Shown: positions 50,984-62,399 of the stretch, in pieces
How the letters are laid out: each line of letters starts with the position of its first letter
Numbering within the stretch: position 1 is the stretch's first letter
DNA from: Camelus ferus
Lineage: Eukaryota
Direction: 5' to 3'
Assembly (NCBI RefSeq): GCF_009834535.1
Contig: NC_045712.1
Location: 31,310,001 to 31,374,000 of the forward strand
Length of the DNA: 64,000 nucleotides
The notes under the pieces: generated by a model
Databases searched by the model: none
Told to the model about the DNA's origin: nothing
What the model saw: the letters and a program-made list of their open reading frames with translations, nothing else
Translations under genes and position numbers: made by a program

Positions 50984-51074
50984 GCCGGGGGCGGGGCGGA
51001 GCCGGGGGCGGGGCGGAGCCGGGGGCGGGGCGGAGCCGGGGGCGGGGCGGAGCCGGGGGCGGGGCGGAGCCGGG
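50984..51074 (+). repeat. Perfect tandem repeat, 5 x 17-bp GCCGGGGGCGGGGCGGA plus a 6-nt partial unit
   Basis: Identical units start at 50984, 51001, 51018, 51035 and 51052, read directly. Confidence 0.97.
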
Positions 51075-51161
51075 CTCGCGGCCGTAACCCCAGTCAGCTC
51101 CGCCGCCGCCCTTGTATGGTCCCTGCGCAGGCCCGGCCCCGCCGGGAGCTACACCGCGGCC

Positions 51162-51428
51162 CTGGCGCAGCCGCCGCCGCCGCCGCCGCCTTCGCGGGCG
51201 CAGATGTCGCCGGGGCCGGTGAGGGGCGCCACCCCCAACCGCCGGCTCGGCAGTGTCCGCGGCGTGTCCGTGCTGTCCCCGCCGGGGCGCCGAGCCCGCC
51301 CGTCGGCCCCCGAGACCAGCCGCCTGTCCTCCGCGGCCCGTGAGGAGCTGCGGCGCCGCCTGCTGGACCTCATCGAGGGCCACCGAGTGGTCATCTTCAG
51401 CAAGAGCTACTGTCCGCACAGCGCGCGG
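51162..51428 (+). CDS. TXNRD3: TXNRD3 coding exon 1 (from the putative CUG start; in-frame ATG at 51204), N-terminal extension plus start of the glutaredoxin domain with CPHS
   Basis: Translates to LAQPPPPPPPSRAQMSPGPVRGATPNRRLGSVRGVSVLSPPGRRARPSAPETSRLSSAAREELRRRLLDLIEGHRVVIFSKSYCPHSAR, matching TGR. The CTG is in gccCTGg context. Donor CGG|GTAGGC at 51429. The start-codon choice is inferred from the known mouse CUG start. Confidence 0.9.
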
Positions 51429-52299
51429 GTAGGCGGCAGGCCCCGGGCCGCTGGTCCGTCCCCGCCCGCCGTCCCGGCTCCGGGCCCGCGCCCGCGCCCG
51501 TCCGTTCCGCCCTCGCGTGCGGACCCGCTCCCGCAGGCGACACCGGCCGCGCGGTCGGGCCTCCGGCCTCCGGACCGGGCCGCGAGCCTGTCGGCGTGGG
51601 CGGGGGTCGGGGAGGAGGAGAGCCGTGGGGAGAGGCCGGAGCCGGGCCGAGCGGACGGTGTGCGGGGGGCGCGCGGGGCCGGGAGTCTGAGACAGGCCCG
51701 CGTTGTCAGGACTGGCCGTGCGAGCCGTGCGCCGTGCAGTCGAGGCCGAGGACGCACGCGGGGCGGGGGCGGGACGTCGCGGCCGCGGTCCAGCCCCGCG
51801 CCAGGGTCACGGCGTGTGGTCCAGCGCGTGACGCGTCTGGGGTCCCCGGTGGGGCTAGACTCCTGTGGGTGCCCCCGTGCCTCCCCGACCTCCTACTCCT
51901 CCCTCCCCGCGGGGAAACCTCTCCGGAATTGCTCGCTTCTCTTCCTGGTTTTACCAAATACTACACATCCTTGGACAGTTTTGTCCCTTCAGGTTTGCTT
52001 TGGTACCTTGTGTCAGTAGACTCTTGCGTTTGTATTCTGCACCTTTTCGTCAACGGTTAAGGTTCGGAGATTCATGTGTGTTAGTACCTGTAACTGGTTT
52101 GTTAATTCTCACTACTGTGCTATTTCTGAGGACAGTCGTACCACAGTATATCGGTTCTGTTTTTGCCGTGTTTTCCTCTTACAGACAATATGGCTGTGCC
52201 TGTTCCGGCGTTGCTGGAAGGCAGAGGACACAGGATTTCTACCTTGACTAGGTGATGCCAAGGGTTTTGGGTTTTTCCACGGGGTCTTACCAGCGTGCC

Positions 52300-54400
52300 C
52301 TCCCACTGGGGTGTGTTGACAGTTCCCCTTGCTCTGCATCCCTGGCAACCGTGGATATATTTAATTTAGCCATCTGGCAAATGGTATTTCATCCTGGTTT
52401 TAGTTTTGCATTTCCCCAGTGAAGGTGAAGATCTCTTTGTGTGTTTACAGGTCCATTTGAGTTTCCTCTTCTGCAGAAGTTCAGGGGTTTTGCCTATTTC
52501 TCTATTAGATTGTTTTATTTTTATTTTTGGCATTGAATTGTAGGCTTTCTTTATGTATTTTGGATACTAATCCTTTGGTTATATGTAATGGAAAATCCCA
52601 GATCTGGCTTTCTTGTCACTCTCCTTATGGGATCATTTGGTTAACTGAAGTTTGGAAGTTTAATGTAGTTGATTCTGTCACTCTTTTTCTTTTCTGGTTT
52701 GTGCTTTTTGCATCTTATTTCAGAAGTCTGTGTCTACTCGGAGGTCGTAAATACCCTCTCCTGTTCTAGTTCCTGAAGGTTTGCCCGTGCGCTTTTCACA
52801 CTCCCCAGCTTTGTTCCCCCTGGACTTGGAGCTGACATCCTGCTTCCTGTCTCTATGAATCTGACCGCTCTAGGGACCTCATATAAATGTGCAGTATGTG
52901 TCCTTTTGTGACCGGCTTATTTCATTTAGCCTGTTGTCCTCAAGGTTCATCCATGTTGTTGCGTGTGTCAGAGTTGCCTCTCTTTTCAAGGCTGAATAAT
53001 ATTCCATTGTGTGAATGGGCCCGATTTAGTTTATACTTCCTCTGTTGATGAACACTTGGGTCGTTTCCATCTTTTGGCTGTTGTGAATATTGCTGGTGGG
53101 AATGTAGGTATACAAATACCTGTTTGAGTTTCTTCTTTCAATTCTTTTGGGTGTGTACCCAGAGGTGGCATTGCTGGCTCATATGACGTTTCTATGTGTT
53201 TTTAATTTTTTGAGGAATGACCATGCTGTTTTCCGTAGTGGCCACACTGTTTTTCATTCCCACCAACAATGCCCAAAGGTTTCAGTTTCTTCACATCCTT
53301 GCCAACACTTGCTATTCCCTGGTTTTTTGTATTTTTGTTTTGGTAGTAGTTATCCTAGTGGATGTGAGGTGGTGTCTCATTCGGTTTGAGTTGCATGTCC
53401 CTGATGATTAAAGATGTCTCTGTGCGTGTGTCCTCGGCTGTGTGACTCTCCAGTTCAGACCTACCGTGAGATGCCGTTGGGGGGCTTTTGATTTTATCCA
53501 TTGTGCTTTCCTGCAATCCCATAATTTCCAGTTGGTCCCTTTCTGTAGTTCTTTCTTGTCATTGATCTCTTCTCCTGAATGAGACTCTGTCAGACCTCCT
53601 CCACCTCCTGAGGGATGGTGTCTTCAGTCCCTCAGACACACTCACACGTGTGGCTACTTTGCTGACTCAGCGTGGTGTTTGGGAGCCCTCAGAGGCAGGT
53701 CTGCAGACTGCTTTAGCCCTGTGTATCACTTTCCTGTTTCTTTGTCTGTCTGGGCATTTTGTGGACACCTGGACAGTTGAGGCTCCAGGTACTGGGCCCT
53801 CCTCCTCTGTGGCTTGTTTTTGTTTGCTTGTTTCTCTCTTTTCAGTGAGTTCGCTGGATTGTTGAGGGGAAGTTTGTTTGTACCTGAAGATGAACCTCTG
53901 ACGGTCCTCAGAGGGTCTGCACAGCCTCTCTGGGGTGACAGGCGCTAGCTGGGCTCTGTCAGGACCTTGCCCGGTGCTAGGCCCCACTCACTGCGGGCCG
54001 GTTGCTCTGTTGCTCTGACAGCGCCTGAGGTGTGCACTGTTCCATGCCTCGATCCGGTTAAACCTGGGCCCCTTTGCAGAGGCAGTTTTTGAGGCAAATT
54101 TGTGGTTTGCTCTGACCCTAGAAGGATTGTGCTTCGGTACGTCTTTCCTGGCTCTCTGATAAACCAGCTGGCTCCCGGTTTAGCTTGTTGCTGGGATGGG
54201 CCTTCCAGCCTCCTCTTAACTGCTCACCACTGAAACCCCCATTGTTTTCAGGGCACTTGAACTTCCCACAGTCTGTTTCAAATACCATCAGCTCCTTCAG
54301 ATGGAGTTTGGAGTTCTCTGCTCTTATGGTTTACCTGCTGCCCTGGCCTTGCTCCAGCGCTGGGGCTGGGGACAGTGACTCCCTGCTGTTGGAGTGACAT
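52300..54400 (-). mobile_element. Antisense L1 fragments in TXNRD3 intron 1
   Basis: L1MB-like AAGGTTCATCCATGTTGTTGC, GGCTGAATAATATTCCATTG and TTCCCACCAACAATG, plus older ORF1-region relics downstream. Confidence 0.75.
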
Positions 54401-55329
54401 CCCTGCTTATGAGCAGACTCTGGCTGGGACTGTAGCCTCCGGTTTTCTGGACTTCTCTCCCAGCCTAGACCCTCGCCCTGCGAGTGGGTCAGGGCCGGGG
54501 TGGTCAGGGCCCTGGTATTTGCGCCTGCAGTAGAGGCTCTGATTTATGGGTGGGGGTGGGTGGAGGAAGGCGGCTTTTCCCTCAGAGCTGTGGGGACGCT
54601 GAGAAATGACGGTGGCCTGTCCCCGTGGGGCCGCACTGCCCCGGGCAGAGAAGGGAAGGTGCTCGCACTCTCCCTGCTCTGACCAGTGTTGAGCAGAGCC
54701 TGTAGGGTAAGTGTGTCCTTAGACGCTGGGTGCCCTCAGTTCCCAGAGACTTTAAATGACTGGTTTTGAAAAGCTTTCACCAGTTGCCAGGGAGGTCTGC
54801 CGAGCGCCTCGTGCCTCCATCCTCTGGGCTCTACCTTGAGGGCCTCGGGCCTCACAGAGTTCGAGTAGGGGTGAAAGCGGGCTCTAAAGGACATCTCTGC
54901 CTGCAGGTTAGAGAGCGGGGGGGCACCCCTGGATGCAGGAGAACTCAGGTTGGCACAGAAGTCCCAGTAGCAGGTCTTGCTGGCTCCAGGTGGCAGCTGT
55001 GGGGAACTGAAGATGAGCTAGGTTAGCACAGAGGCTTGTTGAGACTCGGTAAGTGAGTGGGTGGGTGGGAGTCGGTGTGGGTAGGAAGAGGGTGCAGGAG
55101 CGGGAGGCCTCAGGGTGACTCGCATCAGTGTTTGGCAGGTTTGCACCCAGGCCCGATTCCACGTGTCTGACAAGTTATCCTGGAGACATCCTGCTGCTGG
55201 TCCTCTGTCCCCTGCTTGGGTAGCAAGGATCTAGGGCTTCGTGTCCGGCAGCTGGTGAATGAGGACAGGGTGGAATTGTCAGCTTCCTCGTCTGTTTCCC
55301 TGCAGCGTGGGTAAAGGGCAGGGGTCGTG

Positions 55330-55430
55330 TCTTGTTCATTGTCACATCCTGAGTGTGTGGAACAATGGACGACCCACAGCAGGTGTTGGATGGATAAATA
55401 TTTGTTGAATGGTTTAATGACAATCGAAAG
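55330..55430. mobile_element. L2 3'-end fragment
   Basis: GTCTTGTTCATTGTCACATCC...ATAAATATTTGTTGAATG. Confidence 0.6.
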
Positions 55431-55758
55431 AAAATGCAGAAAGAGAAAAAGGAATGTGGAAAAAGGTGAGTTGTACTTGGGAGGTGCCTGTGGACACCCG
55501 GGGGGAGAAATGTTGCCTGTCTTAAGTTCAGAAAAGGGTCTTGGGCAAAAGTTACAGATTTGGAAGTCAGGGATGCAGACTGTAAAAGAAGGAAAGATGT
55601 GGGCTGGGGTGATTCTGGGAAGAGGCGAAGAGGGAGGGGAAGCGCTGACCAGAGCTTATGCTCCTGACCGACACCTGGTGGGTCGCCCCTGTTATGATGC
55701 CCGTGTCTCACAGCCACTCTGAGTCTGGGATTGAAACTCAGCTGCGTGTTTGTTGCAG

Positions 55759-55819
55759 GTTAAAGAACTCTTCTCTTCCTTGGGAGTCGAATGTAATATC
55801 TTGGAACTTGATCAAGTTG
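55759..55819 (+). CDS. TXNRD3: TXNRD3 coding exon 2, 61 nt, VKELFSSLGVECNILELDQV(D)
   Basis: Acceptor tgttgcag| and donor TTG|GTAAGT. Glutaredoxin-domain sequence, in frame. Confidence 0.96.
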
Positions 55820-56823
55820 GTAAGTAGAATGGTTTACATGCTGTTGTTTGTGTTGAAATCAGCAAGATTGACTTCTTTCTGTTTGCCTTGTTGAATTCAG
55901 TTTGCTCTTGTGTCTTTGGGTACGTGCACTGTTTTCATCCGCATTCAACCACACAGAAAATGAACCTCTTACATGGAAAGAATTTGGTGTAGATATTTTG
56001 TTTATATGTTTGTTTTTTTGTATTTGGGGAGAGGGAATAGAAGGAAGATGTAGAAGCCTGGAAATACTTCAGGCATTTCACACGCATCTGCCAACTTTCT
56101 AGCAAAACCGAGGAAGCTGCAATCAGTGAAATGAATCTGCCCTGATTTCCTGATTGTATTGCCCGGACCCATGGCGGGGGGTGGAGGGGGCAGCGCTCAG
56201 GGCTGGTGTCCAGCTGTCTGCTTTGATTTCTTGTCGTCTGCGTGCTTTGCACAGGCAGGGGTTCTGCAGGGCGGGGCCGTCGTGGAGAGGACACTGATCT
56301 CCTCTTCACGGGACCTCACCTCCTTTTAGCCAAGTCTCTTTAATGAGAAAAACGTTCTTGCCTTTCTGAGACTTTTTTAAAGAGTATACCGAGTAGGAAG
56401 TCTCAAGCAGTTGTGGTCCCGTTCCAAGGGGTGGAGGATACCTTTTGGACTATGACCGTAAAGATTTTTCTAATGTAATTGTAGGAAGTGTTTTCTGAAT
56501 TGTTACTGTTGAAGCAGACTTTTCTCATATTTGCTCTTTAAAGAGCATTCCGATGTGTTTCGGCCTCATTATTGAAGTATAAACCAGACTTAATTTAGAA
56601 GCAGTTCATCTTAAAAAGAGTCAGTAGACTGGTCTGTGTTCTTTAAGGCTTCCTCTGAATACCTGGGTGTCCCCTCGAGTCCTCACTGAGTGAACTTGTG
56701 TCTGTCACGTGCTAACCCTTGTGGATGTGCACCTGTGAGCATCTGCATGTCCTAACGCCCCAGTTCAGCTCACGAAGGTTGGATCCTTTTCAGTGTCTTT
56801 ACGTATTTAATCTTCTTCCATAG

Positions 56824-56933
56824 ACAATGGGGCCAGCGTTCAGGAAGTGCTGTCGGAGATCACTCATCAGAACACCGTGCCCAACATCTTTGTGAATAAA
56901 GTGCACGTGGGTGGGTGCGACCGGACTTTCCAG
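56824..56933 (+). CDS. TXNRD3: TXNRD3 coding exon 3, 110 nt, (D)NGASVQEVLSEITHQNTVPNIFVNKVHVGGCDRTFQ
   Basis: Acceptor cttcttccatag| and donor CAG|GTGATA. Contains the glutaredoxin TVP and GGC motifs. Confidence 0.96.
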
Positions 56934-58558
56934 GTGATAGTATCATGTGTTCTTGAATGCTGCGTGTTCAGTTTTTGTTTTTAAAAAGTATTTAAAAGGG
57001 AAGGAAATAGTTTTTAAAAGTCTATTCATTTGTCTCTTGGAGCTCGTAAAATCAAAAGCGTGTGGGATGATTATCAGATAATCTTGATGCTTTAAGGGAA
57101 GTTAGCTTTTCTACCAAGGCAAACTTCAGAAGCTGAGAAGAAAGTTTTGAGTGAGGCTGCAGGACATGCGGAGGGGCCGTCCTGCGCTGTCCTCTGATGG
57201 GAACGGGAACAAGGCTGCTTTCCTCCTGAAGGTTTGGGGGAGTTGGTGAGGGGGGTCAGCCGACACTGTCCAGGGTGTGTGGGGCTCCTGCCAAGGCTGC
57301 TGACCCTGCAAGCTTTGCAAAGCTGTGACCTCCTGATCCCTGGAGTACAGAAATGAGCAGCAGCCGTTCAGTTAAGTAGAGACAGATAAGAGTTGGTATT
57401 TATGAAATAATGTCCTTATTTTAACTGGTTATTTTCTTTTATTAAAAGTCTGCTCTTATATCCTACCCTTTATGTATGTGTGCAAGTGGAGGTCATCAGG
57501 GGCGGATCAAATACTCACACTTAGATTTTAATTAAGAATCGTATCATTGTTGGGAGAAAGGATTGCCCACGCTGTGGGTCCATCCGGGGTCAGTCAGCTT
57601 CGGCATCTGGAGACGGACAGTCTGCTTTATCGGTCCTGGAGGCTGTACCCCAGCTCAGTGGGGGGTGAGCACCGCGGTCACAGCCCTGAGCACCCTCGCA
57701 GGTGCTGGTCTTGCGAGTCCCCGCCTGGAACGCGCTGTCGCAGGTGGGCGTGGGCTGCGCAGATGCCAGTTCCACTTCGAGACCGAAGGTATTACCTTGG
57801 GCAGAGCTGTTTCAGAGGCAGTTTCCCCAAGGGCACCTGAGGGTGAGGAGGCCGCCGGCCTCTGGGGACCACCCGGATCTGCTAGTCTGGGGTCCGGGGC
57901 ACTCCCACTGCACAGGACCGCTGGGCCTGAAGCCACTGAGACGGGCCTGTGGCTGACTCCATGCAGACGTGGGGCCTCCAGCCGCATCTGAGCTGCTTCT
58001 GACCACAAGGAGGGCCGAGCAGGGGGACCGGGACCAGCCTACTGACCCTTCCCCAGAGAAGAGACAAAGTTTAGTGTTGTGTAGAAAGTTCACAGCAAGC
58101 TGCAACGTTTAGGTCCGTTTATGAGAAACAAGGAAAAAATTCAAAGTGCACATCCTGCTGACAACGCCCGAGAATTGTTTTCAAAGTAGAGACTTGTGCA
58201 GGAGAAGCGAGTGGGAAGGTCTGCGAAGTGGCACTGGGCTGCCGAACTGGACTTGGTTGTAGTATTTTGACGATTGAGCTTTGAGCTCAGAAGTGAGCTC
58301 GTCTGACGCGGACGCGAGGCTGTGGCCTCTCCGCCGTGTGACACAAGCCTCGCGGTCAGGTAACAGAGCAGAAACGTGTGCTCTGGCGTCTGTTGCAACT
58401 AGTTGAGCACCACCCAGATAAGTTCGCAGTTCCAGCTTACGTGAACTGTAGGCCAGTTGTTTCCACGGTTCTGTGAAAGAATGTATGCTGATTAAGCACA
58501 GGGTGCAAAGAGACGTTTCAAAGCCAGTCATTGTGTTCTCTCTGGGACTGACCCTCAG

Positions 58559-58663
58559 GCACATCAGAGCGGCTTACTGCAGAAGCTCCTTCAGGAAGAC
58601 CCAGCCTACGACTACGACCTCATTGTCATTGGCGGTGGCTCTGGCGGCCTTGCATGTGCGCAG
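58559..58663 (+). CDS. TXNRD3: TXNRD3 coding exon 4, 105 nt, AHQSGLLQKLLQEDPAYDYDLIVIGGGSGGLACAQ
   Basis: Acceptor ccctcag| and donor CAG|GTAGGA. Contains the FAD-binding Rossmann motif YDLIVIGGGSGG. Confidence 0.96.
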
Positions 58664-58833
58664 GTAGGAAGGAGGTGAAAGCCGGAGGTAGTTTTCCTGA
58701 TGGGACGGTCTGAGCTCTTGTTGTAATAGCTGGTTTCGTGAAGAGGAGAGACTGTCAGAGCACAGTCTTTTCCTTTAGGGGCGGGACAGGCTGGGGGAGT
58801 GCCGGGGAAACTTCCATGTGGCCTTTTCCATAG

Positions 58834-58906
58834 GAAGCTGCCATTCTGGGGAGGAAGGTTATGGTGCTGGACTTCGTGGCCCCGTCACCGCAGGGCACGT
58901 CGTGGG
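58834..58906 (+). CDS. TXNRD3: TXNRD3 coding exon 5, 73 nt, [24 protein letters not shown](G)
   Basis: Acceptor ccttttccatag| and donor GGG|GTAAGC, after a 170-nt intron. Sequence typical of thioredoxin reductases. Confidence 0.96.
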
Positions 58907-60109
58907 GTAAGCGCGCTCCCTGTTGCTTTGATAGCTGGCTCAGCCTCAGAAGTGTAGCCAGCCTATTTCTGGGGTGAGGAGACTGAACCTCAGGTCACAT
59001 CGTTAACCAGAGAAGTTGGGAAGATAATTTGAAAGTAATTAAGGGAGATTTTGCAAAAAGAAGAGATTCCACTCCGCAGTACTCCAGCACTTCTGCCAGA
59101 GTAACGTTGGTGCACACGTCAGTGTTTTCACAGTTGTGGTCACGGGGTTGCCGCGTCCTGCTCACCTAAGTTGGCCCTGATGCCTCTCTGTGTTCCTGCA
59201 TCAGTGGCTGCAGTTGGTCAGTCGGGTTGTTGCGTGTGGTCCCTGCGGGTGAGCTCCTGCCCTGGGACTCTGCTGTGGACCGAGTTGCTCACCTGCCCGT
59301 GTTCTTTTCACTGCAGGAGAGGATGCATCGGTTTTGTGCTGGGTATTTCCTGCGCTCCCAGAAGGCTGACAAGTTGGGGGGTGTGCCCTCTGGCTTCTGG
59401 TCGAGCGGGGCCGTCAGGGTGCTGGGAGGGGCGTGGAGTGGGGTCATATCCCCCGGGGCGGCCGCTGGTCTGTCCCCACAGACGTGCCTTGGTGGGCGGC
59501 ACTCCCCGGGCCCTGGCCCCTCTCTTGGGGCTGGGACGGCCCCCTCGCCCACCTGCTCCTCCTGCCTCCGCTGCAATGATCCCTGCGGACTGTGCTCACC
59601 TGTCTGCCACCTGGTTCCTGCCAGAACCCCTACAAAGCCTGAAAGTTGTTTTTGAAAGTTCAAAACTTACTCAAAAAAATGTAGCCTGGTATTTCATATA
59701 GTAGAGCTAACCTATGTGATTTTTCTCATAATTTCTGTGGGGTTTGTCCACTCGTCTTTTTTCCCTCCCCCGTCCTCCTCCCTCCTGCCCAGAATCAGCC
59801 CATTTAGCCTGATCACCTGGGAGCCTGTGATCTGGGAGGGTCTCTTCTCTTGTGCCAGGTTGTTGGAGATTTGGGTGGATGTTACCCGGCAGCTGGCAGC
59901 GGCCCTGCAGTCTCAGGGGAGTGGGGGTGATGGAAGTGAAGGCTGAAGCCGCAGTCCTGGCCTCACTAGTCTGACCTGGTCCCGATCCCTTGCAGGTCAG
60001 ACCTGAGTGAGAGACTGGGACTCTGTCCCCGGAAGGCTGTTCACGTGTGCGCCCGCGTTCAGCCTGGCCTGGTGCCTCCTTCCTGGACCCGGGTCAGCAA
60101 GTTCAGTGA

Positions 60110-60370
<261 letters not shown>

Positions 60371-62399
60371 TGACGGTGCATAAAATGCTGATCGGGAGAA
60401 AAGAAGGAAGGCTGGGTTTCTCGGAAACACTTGCTGGTTTATTTCCATAGCTGAGTTTGAAATTAGTCTAATAAGCTCTCATTGGGGGCCCCGTGTGCCA
60501 GCTGGTCCCCGAGCACCCACGGGTGTGGGTTCCAGCCCCTCACGGCCTGAGCCCTGGGGAGGGAGCCGTGGCCGCCACGCCATCCTGAACCCCAGCAGGA
60601 TCCGAGAGGGAGGAGTCCCTGTTCTCAGGTTTCTTTCAGGCACAAAGAAACGAGAGGAGTGAGCATCACTGTGTGGATTTGTTTGTTGCTGTGAGGACGC
60701 TGGGGTTTTTTTTTCTATCAGCATTTATGTGTCTTTGGTTAATGAAAGGCAGAAAACAAAGTCACCAATAAACACCCTCTGGCGAGGCCCTGAGAGTGCA
60801 GAGGTGAGGACCCGCTCACTGCTGCCCTGGAGCAGCGAGGGGGGACTCAGTGCCCTGTCATTCGTGCTGAGGTTTTGAGCATCTACCTGGGGCCACTTGG
60901 GATCCTTGAGGAGCGGAGGTGACCCTTGAGCTGCGTCTCAAAGGTCACAGAGAAGTAGGACACTCGAGACAGGAGCAGTGGACCCACACCGTGAAGATGC
61001 AGGGAACGGCAGGCAGTGTGGGGGAGCCGAGTCTCTAGTGCCACCTGAAGGGCTTAACATTGACCCCAAGGCCAGTGAGAGGAAGGAAGAAGGCTGGGGG
61101 TGGGGGGTCCAGGGACAAGGAGGGAGGTGGGCGCAGCTGCGTCACCGGCGCAGGGACGAGGCCTGAGAGGCGGGTGGATTTAGAGGGTTTAAGGCGTGGC
61201 GTTGGCGGCTTATATATGCACAGGTGATTGTGTCATTAGAAGAATGTGTGGACTTTTAAAAAAAATTACAGCGACTTGTCTCCTCCCCCAGGGATTGTGA
61301 CCCTGTGGATCCAGTGTGCTGATTCAGTTGTGGAAGGGAGGGAGGGAGGGGCTGGGTGAAACGGGTGGGTTTGGGGGAGCCCAGCACAGTGGGTTCCCTG
61401 TGGCCACATGTCCCCAGACGGTCAGCTCCACGGGGGCTTATGGTCATACTGCAGTGTCAGCTGGTTGTAGACAAACTGAGGCCCCCTGCACTGGGCAGTT
61501 TAATTTCTGGGGAGGCCCACGGGGAGCATCCTGGCGGGGTGGGGTGTCTAGGTGGTTTTGGCTGGAGAGAGGCCTGGAGCGGCCTGGCCGTGGAGCCTTG
61601 GCGTGCGGGAGGGTGCAGGTGTCAGCAGCCGCTGTGACGGCCCGGAGCATCTGGGGGACAAGGCAGAGAACGGACGCAGCCTCAGCCGCGCTCATGCCCG
61701 AGGGGGCGGGCAGGAAGCAGGGTGGTGTTGGGGCCGGATCTGGGGCCTAGGGAGTCGAGGAAGAGGACTGACGAGTGAAACGCTGCGTGCAGTCTGGACA
61801 GAATGGGGTTGGAATGAGGTGCATTTGGCTGGTAGGTGGCTGAGTCTCTTCAACGTTAAAGATGCTCACTCCCTGTTTCTGAAGTGATGGGGAGGACACA
61901 TGGGCACCCCTGCAGGGGGAGAGGCCCTCCGTCCACACCAGCCTTGCCCCGGCTGCGCTGCGGGGAGGGGCCGGTCAGTGTTCCCGAACTCGCCTTGTGC
62001 CTCATGTCTCTGATAAACCAGTTCCCTTGAGTGGGTGAAGTCTCGCGTTGGCTTCCTGAAGTTCCCCGTGTACAGAAGACTTGTGAGTTAATTTTGCGAT
62101 GCGGTTCTGGGGTGCCTGGCCTGCTGCCACGTGGCCTTTGGGGCTCAGTGGCGGCCGGGAGAGTCTGGGAGGCTGGAGGAGGGAAGGGGCAGCGAGACCT
62201 TGTCCCGGGAGGCCCTGTGGATGCTGTCGCTCGTGACGCGAGGGCACAGGTGTAAGTGTAGGGCGCCCGCAGGGTGTCGGGATAGAGCTTGCAGGTGGCA
62301 TCAGCGGCCCCAGAGGCAGGGCAGTGTGCAAAGAAACAGCGTGTAAGTGTAAAGCAGACGCAGACTACGACTCAGACGTGAGGCCACCTCGAGTGGGCC

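Larger units (their letters stand above)
50860..51880. promoter_or_regulatory. CpG island / TXNRD3 promoter with an NRF1-like site and GC-box array
   Basis: CpG-dense and spans exon 1. TCGCATGCGC at 50976-50985 directly precedes the GC-box repeats. No obvious TATA box. Confidence 0.85.

Noticed and set aside
50877-52019. 380-aa ORF as a complete gene
   Set aside because: Only 51162-51428 is coding (TXNRD3 exon 1). The upstream part is promoter repeat and the downstream part is read-through into intron 1.
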